Virus record (IMG/VR): IMGVR_UViG_3300025316_000590
Span: 64,134-128,133 of that record
Length of the DNA stretch: 64,000 bases
Reading direction: 5' to 3' (one strand)
DNA from: a virus
Taxonomy: Duplodnaviria > Heunggongvirae > Uroviricota > Caudoviricetes
The stretch's first letter is position 1. Each line of letters starts with the position of its first letter. Positions 53,881 through 62,506 of the stretch are shown piece after piece. Under the pieces are notes generated by a model. The model searched no databases. It saw nothing but the letters and a program-made list of their open reading frames with translations, and was not told where the DNA came from. The translations under genes and the position numbers were made by a program.

Positions 53881-55427
53881 TTGCAAAGACCGCAATTCTC
53901 GATTGGTTAGACCGACCGCTGCGGAGCGTGTCGCGTCTGAAGCTCATCCCGCCGGCGGAAGTCGATAGACGCATCGCCGCCCTGGATCCGTCGCCCGTGT
54001 TTCATACGCCGCCCCGCCACCACCAGAAGGTGGCCTTTCTGGCGGCGGCCAAATACGACGCGTTGATGCTAATGTTCGGCCTGGGGCTGGGCAAGACATA
54101 TACAAGCTACATGATTATCTGCGATAAGCTGTCGTGTGGCGTGGCGAAGAAGGCTCTAGTGCTTGTGCCGACCGTCACCGTCTGTGGCGTGTGGGAGGAT
54201 GAGGCCCGCCTGCACGCCCCGCACCTGCGGGTGCAGGTGATCGATGCAGAAGGACGCGAGGCCCGCATCGAGCAGGCCACACGGCCCGACGTGGACGTCG
54301 TGGTGGTAACGTACCAGGGGTTCCTGGCTATGTGCAGCAAGACCGAACGCAACACCAAGAAGCCGGGCAAGAACAAGTGGGTGATCGGCAGGCACGCCGA
54401 CAAAATCATCAAACAGTTCGATATCCTGGTTTGCGACGAAAGTACCAGTATCAAGTCACAGGACAGCCTGTACTTCCGTCTGTGCCGCAAGATTGGAACG
54501 CACGCCCGATTCCGGTATTGCTTGACCGGCACACCATTCGGCAGCGATCCGCAAGACCTGTGGTCGCAGTACTATGTCATTGATTACGGTGAAAGCCTGG
54601 GCGAAAGCCTGGGCCTTCTGCGTGAGGCGTGTTTCTCGGGCAAGCAGGGATACTTCGGCGGCACGGAGTGGACGCTGAAGAAAAGCCACCAGAAGGACAT
54701 CCGCCGATTCCTCGACCACAGTACGCTGCGATACGACGAGAAGGAGTGCATGGATCTGCCTGCGCAGATATTCCAGACCATCCATGTGCCGGCCCCTGCC
54801 GATTTGCTGACCCATTACGAACGCGTGGTTCACGATTTCCGCGAGGCCACCGGCGATATCACGGTGATGCAGAATGTGTTCGTGTTGATGCGGCAGCTTA
54901 CCTCTGGGTTCATGACGGGCCGCAACGAGACCGGCGATAAGGTGTATTCGGACTTCAGGCCGAATCCAAAGCTCGACGCCGCACAGGAACTACTGGAGCT
55001 TCTGCCGCCCAACAAGAAGATGGTGATATTCCACAGCTACGTCCATACGGGCGAGATTCTGGAAGGGCTTGTGGGATTCATCCTTGGCATGAACTATGAG
55101 CGGGTGTGGGGCGGGGCGAACAACAAGACGAAACGCATCGACAGGTTCCGGACGGATCCCGACTGCCGCGTGCTGATCCTCAACGACCAGGCCGGTGCGT
55201 TGGGCCTGAACCTCCAGGCCGCGAACTACTGCGTATTCTACGAGTGTCCCGTGAGCCCCATCGTCAGGCAGCAGGCTGAGAAACGCTGCCACCGGGCCGG
55301 GCAGACCGAGAGCGTTCACTATTACGATCTCGTGATGCGAAACACCATCGACGTGAAGATACTGGCGGCAGTTCGAGCCGGCAAGAACCTGATGGAGGAA
55401 CTTCTTGGCGGGCGAGCGAAGATATGA
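53877..55427 (+). CDS. SNF2-family helicase
   Basis: GLGLGKT, LVCDEST, LTGTP, GLNLQAAN, QAEKRCHRAGQ. Confidence 0.92.
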   Translation: MIAKTAILDWLDRPLRSVSRLKLIPPAEVDRRIAALDPSPVFHTPPRHHQKVAFLAAAKYDALMLMFGLGLGKTYTSYMIICDKLSCGVAKKALVLVPTVTVCGVWEDEARLHAPHLRVQVIDAEGREARIEQATRPDVDVVVVTYQGFLAMCSKTERNTKKPGKNKWVIGRHADKIIKQFDILVCDESTSIKSQDSLYFRLCRKIGTHARFRYCLTGTPFGSDPQDLWSQYYVIDYGESLGESLGLLREACFSGKQGYFGGTEWTLKKSHQKDIRRFLDHSTLRYDEKECMDLPAQIFQTIHVPAPADLLTHYERVVHDFREATGDITVMQNVFVLMRQLTSGFMTGRNETGDKVYSDFRPNPKLDAAQELLELLPPNKKMVIFHSYVHTGEILEGLVGFILGMNYERVWGGANNKTKRIDRFRTDPDCRVLILNDQAGALGLNLQAANYCVFYECPVSPIVRQQAEKRCHRAGQTESVHYYDLVMRNTIDVKILAAVRAGKNLMEELLGGRAKI

Positions 55428-55461
55428 TGTGTTCAGTGATGTAGAAAGAAGGTAATACAAC

Positions 55462-55674
55462 ATGCCCGCACTACAAGCTAAAGCAGTCACCTCCCGTGCT
55501 CGTGAGTTATTTTGCCGCGATCCCGACCTGACCGTCGACGACGTTATGCGAATGCTGGAAGACGAGGGCTACGAGCCGAAACGTCCAGCCATTTCATTTG
55601 GCCGAAGTTACGTGCGCAATACTATCCGCGAATTGCGTAGTATCGGATGGCGGAATATAGGACGCAGCGAGTAA
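55462..55674 (+). CDS. Small DNA-binding-like protein
   Basis: AAGG RBS; basic and helical. Confidence 0.55.
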   Translation: MPALQAKAVTSRARELFCRDPDLTVDDVMRMLEDEGYEPKRPAISFGRSYVRNTIRELRSIGWRNIGRSE

Positions 55675-55680
55675 CGCCGT

Positions 55681-55908
55681 CTAACGTGCGACGAGTTCTA
55701 GCGGTTTGTTCATGTATGCAGGCCGCGGGCGGGTTTCGATGTGGATGGAGTCCCACATTTCCTTACGCTGCACGTCTATGCAGTCGAAACCCAGCGTCAC
55801 GGTTCCGTTGTTGATGGCCACCACGTGAACGCTGATCCGGCGGCTGATGCCATCGTTGCCGCCAATGATAACTGATTCGTTAGGCTTGCGGTTCATAACT
55901 CGCATCAT
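55681..55908 (-). CDS. csrA: CsrA (carbon storage regulator)-like RNA-binding protein
   Basis: MRVMNRKPNESVIIG..ISVHVVAI..TVTLGF..VQRKE follows the CsrA pattern MLxLxRxxGESIxIG..VxLG..xRxE. Confidence 0.7.
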   Translation of the reverse strand: MMRVMNRKPNESVIIGGNDGISRRISVHVVAINNGTVTLGFDCIDVQRKEMWDSIHIETRPRPAYMNKPLELVAR

Positions 55909-55933
55909 GATACGCCTTCGGCTAGAGGAAACG

Positions 55934-55975
55934 AAAAAAGCCGACGTGACCGCTGGTAGTGGTCGCGTCGGCTTA
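55934..55975 (-). terminator. Intrinsic terminator-like hairpin
   Basis: GCCGAC..GTCGGC stem followed by T6 on the minus strand. Confidence 0.55.
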
Positions 55976-56364
55976 CTATCTAACTAATCCCACCATGATG
56001 ATCTGGCGGTATTTTTTATCCAGTCTTCCAACTATGGAAGTGTAGGTCAAGCACAGCCTCGGGGGCAAGTCCTCAAAGTAAAGAAGCCGGTCGGTGACCG
56101 TAATGATCACCGCCGGCGTCAGAAAGGATCGCTTGCCTCGCGTCAGTACCAAGATAGACTCGGCGACTTGGCTAGTCAAGGATGATTTTAGTTATCGGTG
56201 ATGATGGTGTCTGGATGAAATGACCGATTTGCCAGAATACGGATTCCAAGGGCTTGACGGTAGCATAGAATTAACTAGAGTGTATTTAGATATGGGCCGA
56301 CGTTCGGCCCGAACCCATCGCCCCTGCTGATTTGCCGACAGGGACGACCAACCGAGGAGATGTC

Positions 56365-56763
56365 ATGGCAAAAGCAAAAGCATCGAAGAGCGAAGACACC
56401 GAGGGCGGAACTGCCACGGCTGCTCCTGCACGGCGGCGGGCGCAGACAACTGAGGCGGCGAAGCCAGCCAAGGCCGAGAAGCCAAAGGCCGCAGCGGAGT
56501 CGAACGGTAAGGCCGAGAAGCCCATGTCGGGCACGGCAGCGGCGGTGAAGGTTCTCCGCCGGCGTAAGAACAAGGAGATGTCCGCGAACGATCTGTTGAC
56601 TGCGTGCCAGGAGGCGGGCTGGAAGCCGGAAGGCAAGACGCCCAAGCAGACCCTGGTCGCCGCAATCCAAAACGAGATCAAGCGTAAGGGTGACAAGGCC
56701 CGTTTCGCCAAAGGCGGCGAGCCCGGCACCTGGAAGCTATCGGAAGTCGGATTGACCGGCTGA
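56365..56763 (+). CDS. Histone H1-like N-terminus plus HARE-HTH domain protein
   Basis: Ala/Lys-rich N-terminus; AA.KVL..MSA..L...GW..GKTP.QTL.AAI..EIK.KG..ARF.K. Confidence 0.8.
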   Translation: MAKAKASKSEDTEGGTATAAPARRRAQTTEAAKPAKAEKPKAAAESNGKAEKPMSGTAAAVKVLRRRKNKEMSANDLLTACQEAGWKPEGKTPKQTLVAAIQNEIKRKGDKARFAKGGEPGTWKLSEVGLTG

Positions 56764-56789
56764 TCGATACGCCAACGATTTAGGTTGGT

Positions 56790-56833
56790 GCAGGCTGGAC
56801 AGAATCATCTTTCTGCCCAGCCTGTAGTTGTTT
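56790..56833 (+). terminator. Terminator-like hairpin
   Basis: CAGGCTGGACAGAA / TTCTGCCCAGCCTG followed by a T-rich run. Confidence 0.55.
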
Positions 56834-56888
56834 GTGCATGTGTCTAGTGACACGAGGTATTAGAACTTGCAACCACAGGAGAAGTACG

Positions 56889-57590
56889 ATGCCCTTCCGA
56901 CGACCTAAACGAGAAAGCGGCTCGGATGTAGTCGCCCGCTGGCTGATCAACAACCCCGATGCGACTCACCGGATGGTTGAAGATCACTTTGAGGTTGATA
57001 ACCCCGATGCCAATCCACCCCGCATTTACCCCAACGGCAAGATGTTTCTGGTCGACGGTAAGATGATCAGAATCACCCTGGGCCATGTTCGCGGAGGACG
57101 CAGGAAGCTGATGTCCGACCCGTACAAGACCGCAACCCACGTCGGAGCGTCTTCAGCCAAGGCTGTGGTAGCGTCTGACTCGCTGCGAGCCCAGTCATCG
57201 GAGAGGAAGGCGTTTGATTCCAACGCGAAGTGCCGGGCTAACGCGGGCAAGGCTGGTGTGGGCGTGACCGAGGATACCCGCGCGCTCACGAACGGTACGC
57301 CGAAGCCGAGGCCAAAGCGCAAACGCCGCAAAGACGCCGGGTACGTCAAAGTCGAGGACAGTCCGCTGTTGTCGGCCAAGCCCCCGGTTGCTGCCCCGCC
57401 GCCTCGGCAGTTGACGGTGGCCCCCGACGCCCAGGCTAACGACCTGTCCGAGGTGTTCATCGCCAGCATGAAGGCCCAGATCGCGGCGAAGAATCCGCCT
57501 GTGGACGAGGGGGATGAGATACTGAACCAGGCCACCTTTGATGAACTCGTCGCCCGCCACCGCAGCCGGAATGCGACACGAGGCGTCTGA
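56889..57590 (+). CDS. Hypothetical protein
   Basis: AGGAG RBS. Confidence 0.7.
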   Translation: MPFRRPKRESGSDVVARWLINNPDATHRMVEDHFEVDNPDANPPRIYPNGKMFLVDGKMIRITLGHVRGGRRKLMSDPYKTATHVGASSAKAVVASDSLRAQSSERKAFDSNAKCRANAGKAGVGVTEDTRALTNGTPKPRPKRKRRKDAGYVKVEDSPLLSAKPPVAAPPPRQLTVAPDAQANDLSEVFIASMKAQIAAKNPPVDEGDEILNQATFDELVARHRSRNATRGV

Positions 57591-57591
57591 T

Positions 57592-57840
57592 ATGATCACG
57601 CCTATTATCAGCGGCCTGCCGGCAACGCCATGCGATGATCCGAACTGCTATGTCAAGGCCCTTGGCATGGGAGATGCATTCAGCGAATGGATTTGTCCGC
57701 ACTGTGGGGCTCATTTGGGAAGCGGTAATATCTGTTTGAACCTGTGCGGACTGAGTTACCCCGCCGCCCGACGTTTCAACGACATCCTGGCTGAGGCTGT
57801 TGCCGCAGTTAATAGCCGTCGCCTGGAAAATCCAGGCTAA
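57592..57840 (+). CDS. Zn-ribbon hypothetical protein
   Basis: CPHCG..CLNLC. Confidence 0.6.
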   Translation: MITPIISGLPATPCDDPNCYVKALGMGDAFSEWICPHCGAHLGSGNICLNLCGLSYPAARRFNDILAEAVAAVNSRRLENPG

Positions 57841-57882
57841 GGATGTATGATCGCGTGTCTGGTTGGGAAAGGAGGATTTCCC

Positions 57883-58290
57883 ATGAAGGCAAAACGCTTC
57901 GTCGCCCTGGTTCGGATTTGGCGGTTTGTGCCGCCTTGTATCGATCAAGGGACAAACGAGATCGAACACGAAGGTACGATGGTCGTGAACCGGGCGACCA
58001 CAGTCTGGCCGGTTTGGCGTGGCTGTACCCGCCAGCCGCTACGATCCCGCGAATACTTCTGGATCACCTATCGCGGGAAACGGTATCCTGTAGACAGGGC
58101 CGAGGACGGTGAGGGTGTGGCGTATGAGGTGCGATTGGCATCCGACGACAACCCATTGACGGCAACACAGCTTGACCGTAAGACGATCACCCGCGAGACG
58201 GCCCGCGAAACCGCACTGGCCCGTGAACTTCTACACCGCGGCCTGGTTGCCAAAGCCAAAACCGGGCGGCAGAAAGGAGGCCGCCGATGA
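57883..58290 (+). CDS. Hypothetical protein
   Basis: AAGGAGG RBS. Confidence 0.65.
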   Translation: MKAKRFVALVRIWRFVPPCIDQGTNEIEHEGTMVVNRATTVWPVWRGCTRQPLRSREYFWITYRGKRYPVDRAEDGEGVAYEVRLASDDNPLTATQLDRKTITRETARETALARELLHRGLVAKAKTGRQKGGRR

Positions 58291-58898
58291 TGCACGTCAC
58301 AGCACTATTCAAGACACCAAAGGATACGACCTGGAGGCCGGTCAGCTACGGCACTGGAAGCAACCTGCGATGGGCGGCACATAGCTGCTTCGTTGCGACA
58401 GCAGGCACCGGCATTACCTATGAAGAGGTGAAGATCGAGGGCAAGCCCAAGGGCGAGTATGATATGGAGGCCCACGTCACCCGCAAGAACCCTGACGGGA
58501 GCGTGGCCGCCGAATGGCGGATCGTACCATCGCCGGGTTCTCGCCCCGACCCCGATGCCCCCAAGTTCGTACCGCAGCCGCCCCGACCGTCTGTGGCCGA
58601 TACGCGGGCCAATAGCAAGGCCCACAAGCCCGCCGTGGCCGCACAGGCGGCCCGCCGTGGCGTGGCAGTGGGTACGGTGGTAGAACGGGCCAAGACGCCC
58701 GAACCCGCCGAACTGCCCCCAATACCGTCGCACGCGTCGGCAGGTTTGGTTCGGCGACCTATCGCCCGCCGCCCCCTGACCCGCAAGTCCCTCGACAACG
58801 CCCCGCCAGCCCCGACCGTTCGCGGTCCATTGCCCCGCCGCAGGCTAACGGTCAGCGGGCAGGCCCAGGCTGGCAGGACTATCGTGGAATACGACTGA
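58287..58898 (+). CDS. Hypothetical Pro/Arg-rich protein
   Basis: AAGGAGG RBS. Confidence 0.7.
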   Translation: MMHVTALFKTPKDTTWRPVSYGTGSNLRWAAHSCFVATAGTGITYEEVKIEGKPKGEYDMEAHVTRKNPDGSVAAEWRIVPSPGSRPDPDAPKFVPQPPRPSVADTRANSKAHKPAVAAQAARRGVAVGTVVERAKTPEPAELPPIPSHASAGLVRRPIARRPLTRKSLDNAPPAPTVRGPLPRRRLTVSGQAQAGRTIVEYD

Positions 58899-58924
58899 AA
58901 TCCGCGAATTCAAATTTTGGCAAT

Positions 58925-58945
58925 TGGCACGGCGGTTGCATGATA
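58925..58945 (+). promoter_or_regulatory. sigma54-type promoter
   Basis: TGGCAC-GGCGG-TTGCATGATA, a perfect consensus match. Confidence 0.85.
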
Positions 58946-58980
58946 CTACCCACAGAGCCGCGAGGCTAAACAACCCGACA

Positions 58981-59115
58981 ACCCAGATGTTTTCCTGCTC
59001 CTTCAAATGCGGTGCCGCGAGGCTGCCTACAATCGGGGATAGTATGGCCCCAACCGCACAACTCGGCGAGGGTTGCACTTCTGAAACGAAGTGGGGAGCA
59101 GAAAGACCTCTGGGT
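58981..59115 (+). ncRNA. Multibranch structured leader RNA
   Basis: Nested stems ACCCAGA/TCTGGGT, CTGCTCC/GGAGCAG, TGCGGT/ACCGCA and CACTTC/GAAGTG. Confidence 0.55.
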
Positions 59116-59143
59116 AAACCCTGAAAGCAGAAGGAAGAATACC

Positions 59144-59473
59144 ATGCCCTGGCGCGAAGTGATCACCGACGAGGATACGCCTGAGTACGCCTTGTTCCTG
59201 GCCTTGGACAACCAAGCCTTTATGTTCCGCAGCGTCGATGCCCTTGTGGCGAAGACTTGCCGTCCCGCCGAGTGGATCCGCGAAGTGGTCGCGGCCCACC
59301 CCGATTTGGTTCGCCGTAGCAACGGCCAGCGTGAAACCTACGGGTTGGTCGAGCGAATCGGCAACCTGGAGCCCGCCCCCGTCTCGGCCCATTACGAGCA
59401 GCCGATGGTGAACGACAACCTCGGCGAGGTCGAGGACGAGGTCACCCCGCCCGACGCAGACGGCGAACTGTAG
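59144..59473 (+). CDS. Hypothetical protein
   Basis: AAGGA RBS. Confidence 0.65.
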   Translation: MPWREVITDEDTPEYALFLALDNQAFMFRSVDALVAKTCRPAEWIREVVAAHPDLVRRSNGQRETYGLVERIGNLEPAPVSAHYEQPMVNDNLGEVEDEVTPPDADGEL

Positions 59474-59486
59474 AATTGAATGCGAC

Positions 59487-59507
59487 TGGCACGGCGGTTG
59501 CATGATA
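59487..59507 (+). promoter_or_regulatory. sigma54-type promoter
   Basis: TGGCAC-GGCGG-TTGCATGATA, a perfect consensus match. Confidence 0.85.
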
Positions 59508-59576
59508 CTACGGTAGAAACCAAACCCGCCCGCCCGCGAGACCCAAACGCGGGCGGGCCTAACCGAGAGCAGAAAC

Positions 59577-60452
59577 ATGAACGCGAATGAGCTGACCTTT
59601 GGTGTTGAGATCGAGACCATTGCGGGCCAAGACGCCCGCAACGCTGGCCTGCGGGTCGGAGCTTACGGGTCGCCAGTTCAGGTTCCCTACCTGCCGCACG
59701 GATGGCGGTGCAAAGGGGACGGCAGCATTAGCTGCAACAACAGCAACCAGAACGCCTGCGAGGTGATCAGCCCGATTCTTCGCGGTGCGGCGGGGATGGC
59801 CCAAGTGGTCGCCGCCTGCCAAGCCCTGCGGGAAAAAGGTCATATCGTCAACACGACCTGCGGCGTCCACGTCCATATCGGATGGGACCAGAGCCGCAGC
59901 GAGGTGAACGCGGAAAGCCTGAAACGTCTCATCACGATAGTGGCATACCTTGAGAAGGGACTGTACGCGATCACGGGCACGAAGGCTCGCGAGCGAGGAC
60001 GCTACAGCAAGCCGGTGCGGCAGTACCTGCGACCAACGCAGGTGCAGCGTCACGCTACCTCCGACCGCTACCACGCTTTGAACCTCGCCAACATTCGGCC
60101 CGGTGGCAAGCAGACGGTCGAGTTCCGAATCTTCAGCGGCAGCATTTCTGCCACGAAGATAGTCGGGTGGATTCAGGTTTGCCTGGGCATCGTCGAGCGA
60201 GCCCAAAACGGCAAGCGATGCCCAGCTTGGTCGCCCAAGCCCCTGCAAGGTGGCTGGCGGAAGAAGGGCGAGGGCGCGGGTGAGTGCGAGCGTCTCCTCG
60301 GCTACCTTGCCTGGGCTGAAGCCTATGCACGGCGGCACGGCGGAAACAAGTACGGCTTGATCGCCCCCGACCTGATTCCTGCCGACACGATCATGGCCGA
60401 GTTTCGCCGCCTTGCCAAACGCTACGATAGCGAGGCCCGCGACGAGTTGTAA
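59577..60452 (+). CDS. Putative amidoligase (Amidoligase_2 / COOH-NH2 ligase)
   Basis: TFGVEIE, DGSI..EVISPIL, TCGVHVHIG and TVEFR. Confidence 0.88.
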   Translation: MNANELTFGVEIETIAGQDARNAGLRVGAYGSPVQVPYLPHGWRCKGDGSISCNNSNQNACEVISPILRGAAGMAQVVAACQALREKGHIVNTTCGVHVHIGWDQSRSEVNAESLKRLITIVAYLEKGLYAITGTKARERGRYSKPVRQYLRPTQVQRHATSDRYHALNLANIRPGGKQTVEFRIFSGSISATKIVGWIQVCLGIVERAQNGKRCPAWSPKPLQGGWRKKGEGAGECERLLGYLAWAEAYARRHGGNKYGLIAPDLIPADTIMAEFRRLAKRYDSEARDEL

Positions 60453-60457
60453 ACCAA

Positions 60458-60478
60458 AGGCACACCAGATGCATGGTA
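60458..60478 (+). promoter_or_regulatory. sigma54-type promoter (degenerate)
   Basis: AGGCAC-ACCAG-ATGCATGGTA. Confidence 0.55.
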
Positions 60479-60549
60479 GTGTCTAGAGAAGCCCGCCCGC
60501 ACCCACGGGCCTTACCGAACCAAACCCATAGAGCAGAAGGACGAGTATC

Positions 60550-60756
60550 ATGTGTGAAGAACAGGAAATTCGCAGTTACGATGAGGGTCTGGAAGTTAGC
60601 GTGATGTCAGTCGAAGACTATTCGGACGAAGTTTCGGACGAATATGCTGATCGACTGGTTGTCGTAATAACCAACGCGGACTGCGTGACGCATTCCGCCG
60701 ATCTGCAAGACCTGATCGACTGGGTAAAGCAGAATCGCCCAGATATGCTGAAGTAA
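60550..60756 (+). CDS. Small acidic hypothetical protein
   Basis: AAGGA RBS. Confidence 0.55.
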   Translation: MCEEQEIRSYDEGLEVSVMSVEDYSDEVSDEYADRLVVVITNADCVTHSADLQDLIDWVKQNRPDMLK

Positions 60757-60775
60757 GTGTGCCCGTGATGGCTAG

Positions 60776-60804
60776 TTGACTAATCGCGGACACCCGTCTA
60801 GAAT
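60776..60804 (+). promoter_or_regulatory. sigma70-type promoter of the HNH gene
   Basis: TTGACT-17-TAGAAT. Confidence 0.75.
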
Positions 60805-60821
60805 AGCTGTAGGAGGACGTT

Positions 60822-61436
60822 ATGAAACGCCGAACGCAGCCAGACGAATGTATGACTGAGGGATGCCGCTGCAAAGCCCTGTCGCGGGGCCTGTGCCCGC
60901 CGTGTTACGCGAGAGTGAGCAGGCTGGTACAACTAGGCCAGACGACCTGGAACGTCGAGGTGTCCGCAGGGCGGGCTATACCGGCCCGCGACAACCACGG
61001 AGAAAGCGGGACAAGGCTGCACGATATTTGGGAAGGGATACGAGGCCGCTGCTACAACCGTAACAGTACCAGCTATCGGCACTACGGAGCCCAAGGGATA
61101 CGGATGTGCCGATCATGGCACCGCTACCTGAACTTCAGGGATTGGGCACTGGCGAACGGCTACCGCGACGGGCTGGTATGCGACCGCAAGGACGGAAGGA
61201 AGAATTATACTCCCGGCAACTGCCGGTGGGTTACGCAGGCTGAGAATGTCCGCAACAATTTGAACGTGGAGTGGTTCACGGCCTGGGGCGAAACGAAAAC
61301 GGTGGGTCAGTGGTTTCAGGACGCACGGTGCGTGTTGGATAATGAAAGTACGCTGCGAATGCGGATTGCTCACGGATGGGATGTGGAAAAATCGATTACA
61401 AAACCGGCCAGGGCTTATGGCACGCGAAGTGCATGA
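60822..61436 (+). CDS. HNH-type homing endonuclease with N-terminal Zn finger
   Basis: CMTEGC..RGLCPPCY; RLHDIW.GIRGRCYN..YG.QGI.MC..DRKD..NY.PGNCRWVT. Confidence 0.85.
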   Translation: MKRRTQPDECMTEGCRCKALSRGLCPPCYARVSRLVQLGQTTWNVEVSAGRAIPARDNHGESGTRLHDIWEGIRGRCYNRNSTSYRHYGAQGIRMCRSWHRYLNFRDWALANGYRDGLVCDRKDGRKNYTPGNCRWVTQAENVRNNLNVEWFTAWGETKTVGQWFQDARCVLDNESTLRMRIAHGWDVEKSITKPARAYGTRSA

Positions 61437-61438
61437 TA
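61418..61438 (+). promoter_or_regulatory. sigma54-type promoter
   Basis: TGGCAC-GCGAA-GTGCATGATA, overlapping the HNH stop codon. Confidence 0.75.
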
Positions 61439-61484
61439 TAGCCAGCAGGAAAGAACAATACACCATATTGAAAGGAAGATTACT

Positions 61485-62165
61485 GTGTGCGGAATCAGTG
61501 GCTTTATCAGTCAAGACGGGCGCGGCCCGCACATCGAAACCCTGAAGAAGATCATTCTCGCGTGCGAAGCACGCCGTGGCGGTCACGCCGCAGGGCTGGC
61601 CTGGATCGATCAGCAGGGTGAGCTTCACGCCTGGAAGCGACCGGGCGAATTCGCCAGCAACAACGGTGCGGACGTCGATCAGGTTGACGGGGCACTGGCG
61701 GTTGTAGCCCATGCTCGGTGGGCGACGCACGGTAACGTCCAGATTAACGAGAACAACCATCCGCACAAAGCGGGTCGCGGCTGGCTCGTCCACAACGGTG
61801 TGGTGCATAACTACCGCGAACTGGCGGCACAGTACAAGCTGGAATTGCAGACCGAGTGCGATAGCGAAGTCCTCGGCAAGCTCATCCAGCACTGGCCTGG
61901 AAGCCTCGCCGACCGAGCCAAGTGGGCTGCGGAGCAAACGACCGGCCCGCTGGCGGTGATGGGCCTTTGGGCCAACCCGGTGCGGCTGCTCTTGGTGAAG
62001 TCGGGCAACCCGCTAGTCTTCTCGCGAGTCAAGCGAGGGTACTACATCAGCAGCGTCACGGACGGGATTCCGGGCGTAGTCAAAACGGTTCCCGACGACT
62101 TCGTTGACGTTCTGCGGTTTCCCACCATCAAAAGCGAGGCCGCGACCGCCGCAGTTACGCTGTAA
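61485..62165 (+). CDS. Class II (Ntn) glutamine amidotransferase
   Basis: N-terminal MCGISG; RRGGHAAG, HARWATHG, HPH, HNGVVHN and CDSEVL. Confidence 0.92.
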   Translation: MCGISGFISQDGRGPHIETLKKIILACEARRGGHAAGLAWIDQQGELHAWKRPGEFASNNGADVDQVDGALAVVAHARWATHGNVQINENNHPHKAGRGWLVHNGVVHNYRELAAQYKLELQTECDSEVLGKLIQHWPGSLADRAKWAAEQTTGPLAVMGLWANPVRLLLVKSGNPLVFSRVKRGYYISSVTDGIPGVVKTVPDDFVDVLRFPTIKSEAATAAVTL

Positions 62166-62224
62166 GTCTTGGCACGATTTAACGTACTACATTTACTCTA
62201 ATTGCGAATCTGTAAGGAGAAGTT

Positions 62225-62464
62225 ATGAATATCGAGACTGAACTTTTGCAGGCAACTGGACAACACCCACGTGGTGCGGAAGAGACCGAGCAGGTCTACT
62301 TGAATCGAATCGCATGGGCTGTCGATGACATGCCCGAGTCGGTGTGGGATGCCTTGTCACAGGATGCCAAGGACTGGTTCAATTCAGCGTCCGATGTTTA
62401 CGATGAGTGTAAGCAGATTCCGGCGGGTGCCGTTCTGCCGACGTTCGACGCGGTTGGATCATGA
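62225..62464 (+). CDS. Small acidic hypothetical protein
   Basis: TAAGGAG RBS; paralogous to the N-terminus of 62992..63399. Confidence 0.65.
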   Translation: MNIETELLQATGQHPRGAEETEQVYLNRIAWAVDDMPESVWDALSQDAKDWFNSASDVYDECKQIPAGAVLPTFDAVGS

Positions 62465-62506
62465 TTTGGGCGAATTCTTCGGCAGCAAGATAAATGGAGC
62501 AAGATC

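Noticed and set aside
62170-62190. Additional sigma54 promoter (TGGCACGATTTAACG)
   Set aside because: The -24 half is present, but there is no GC at the -12 position.
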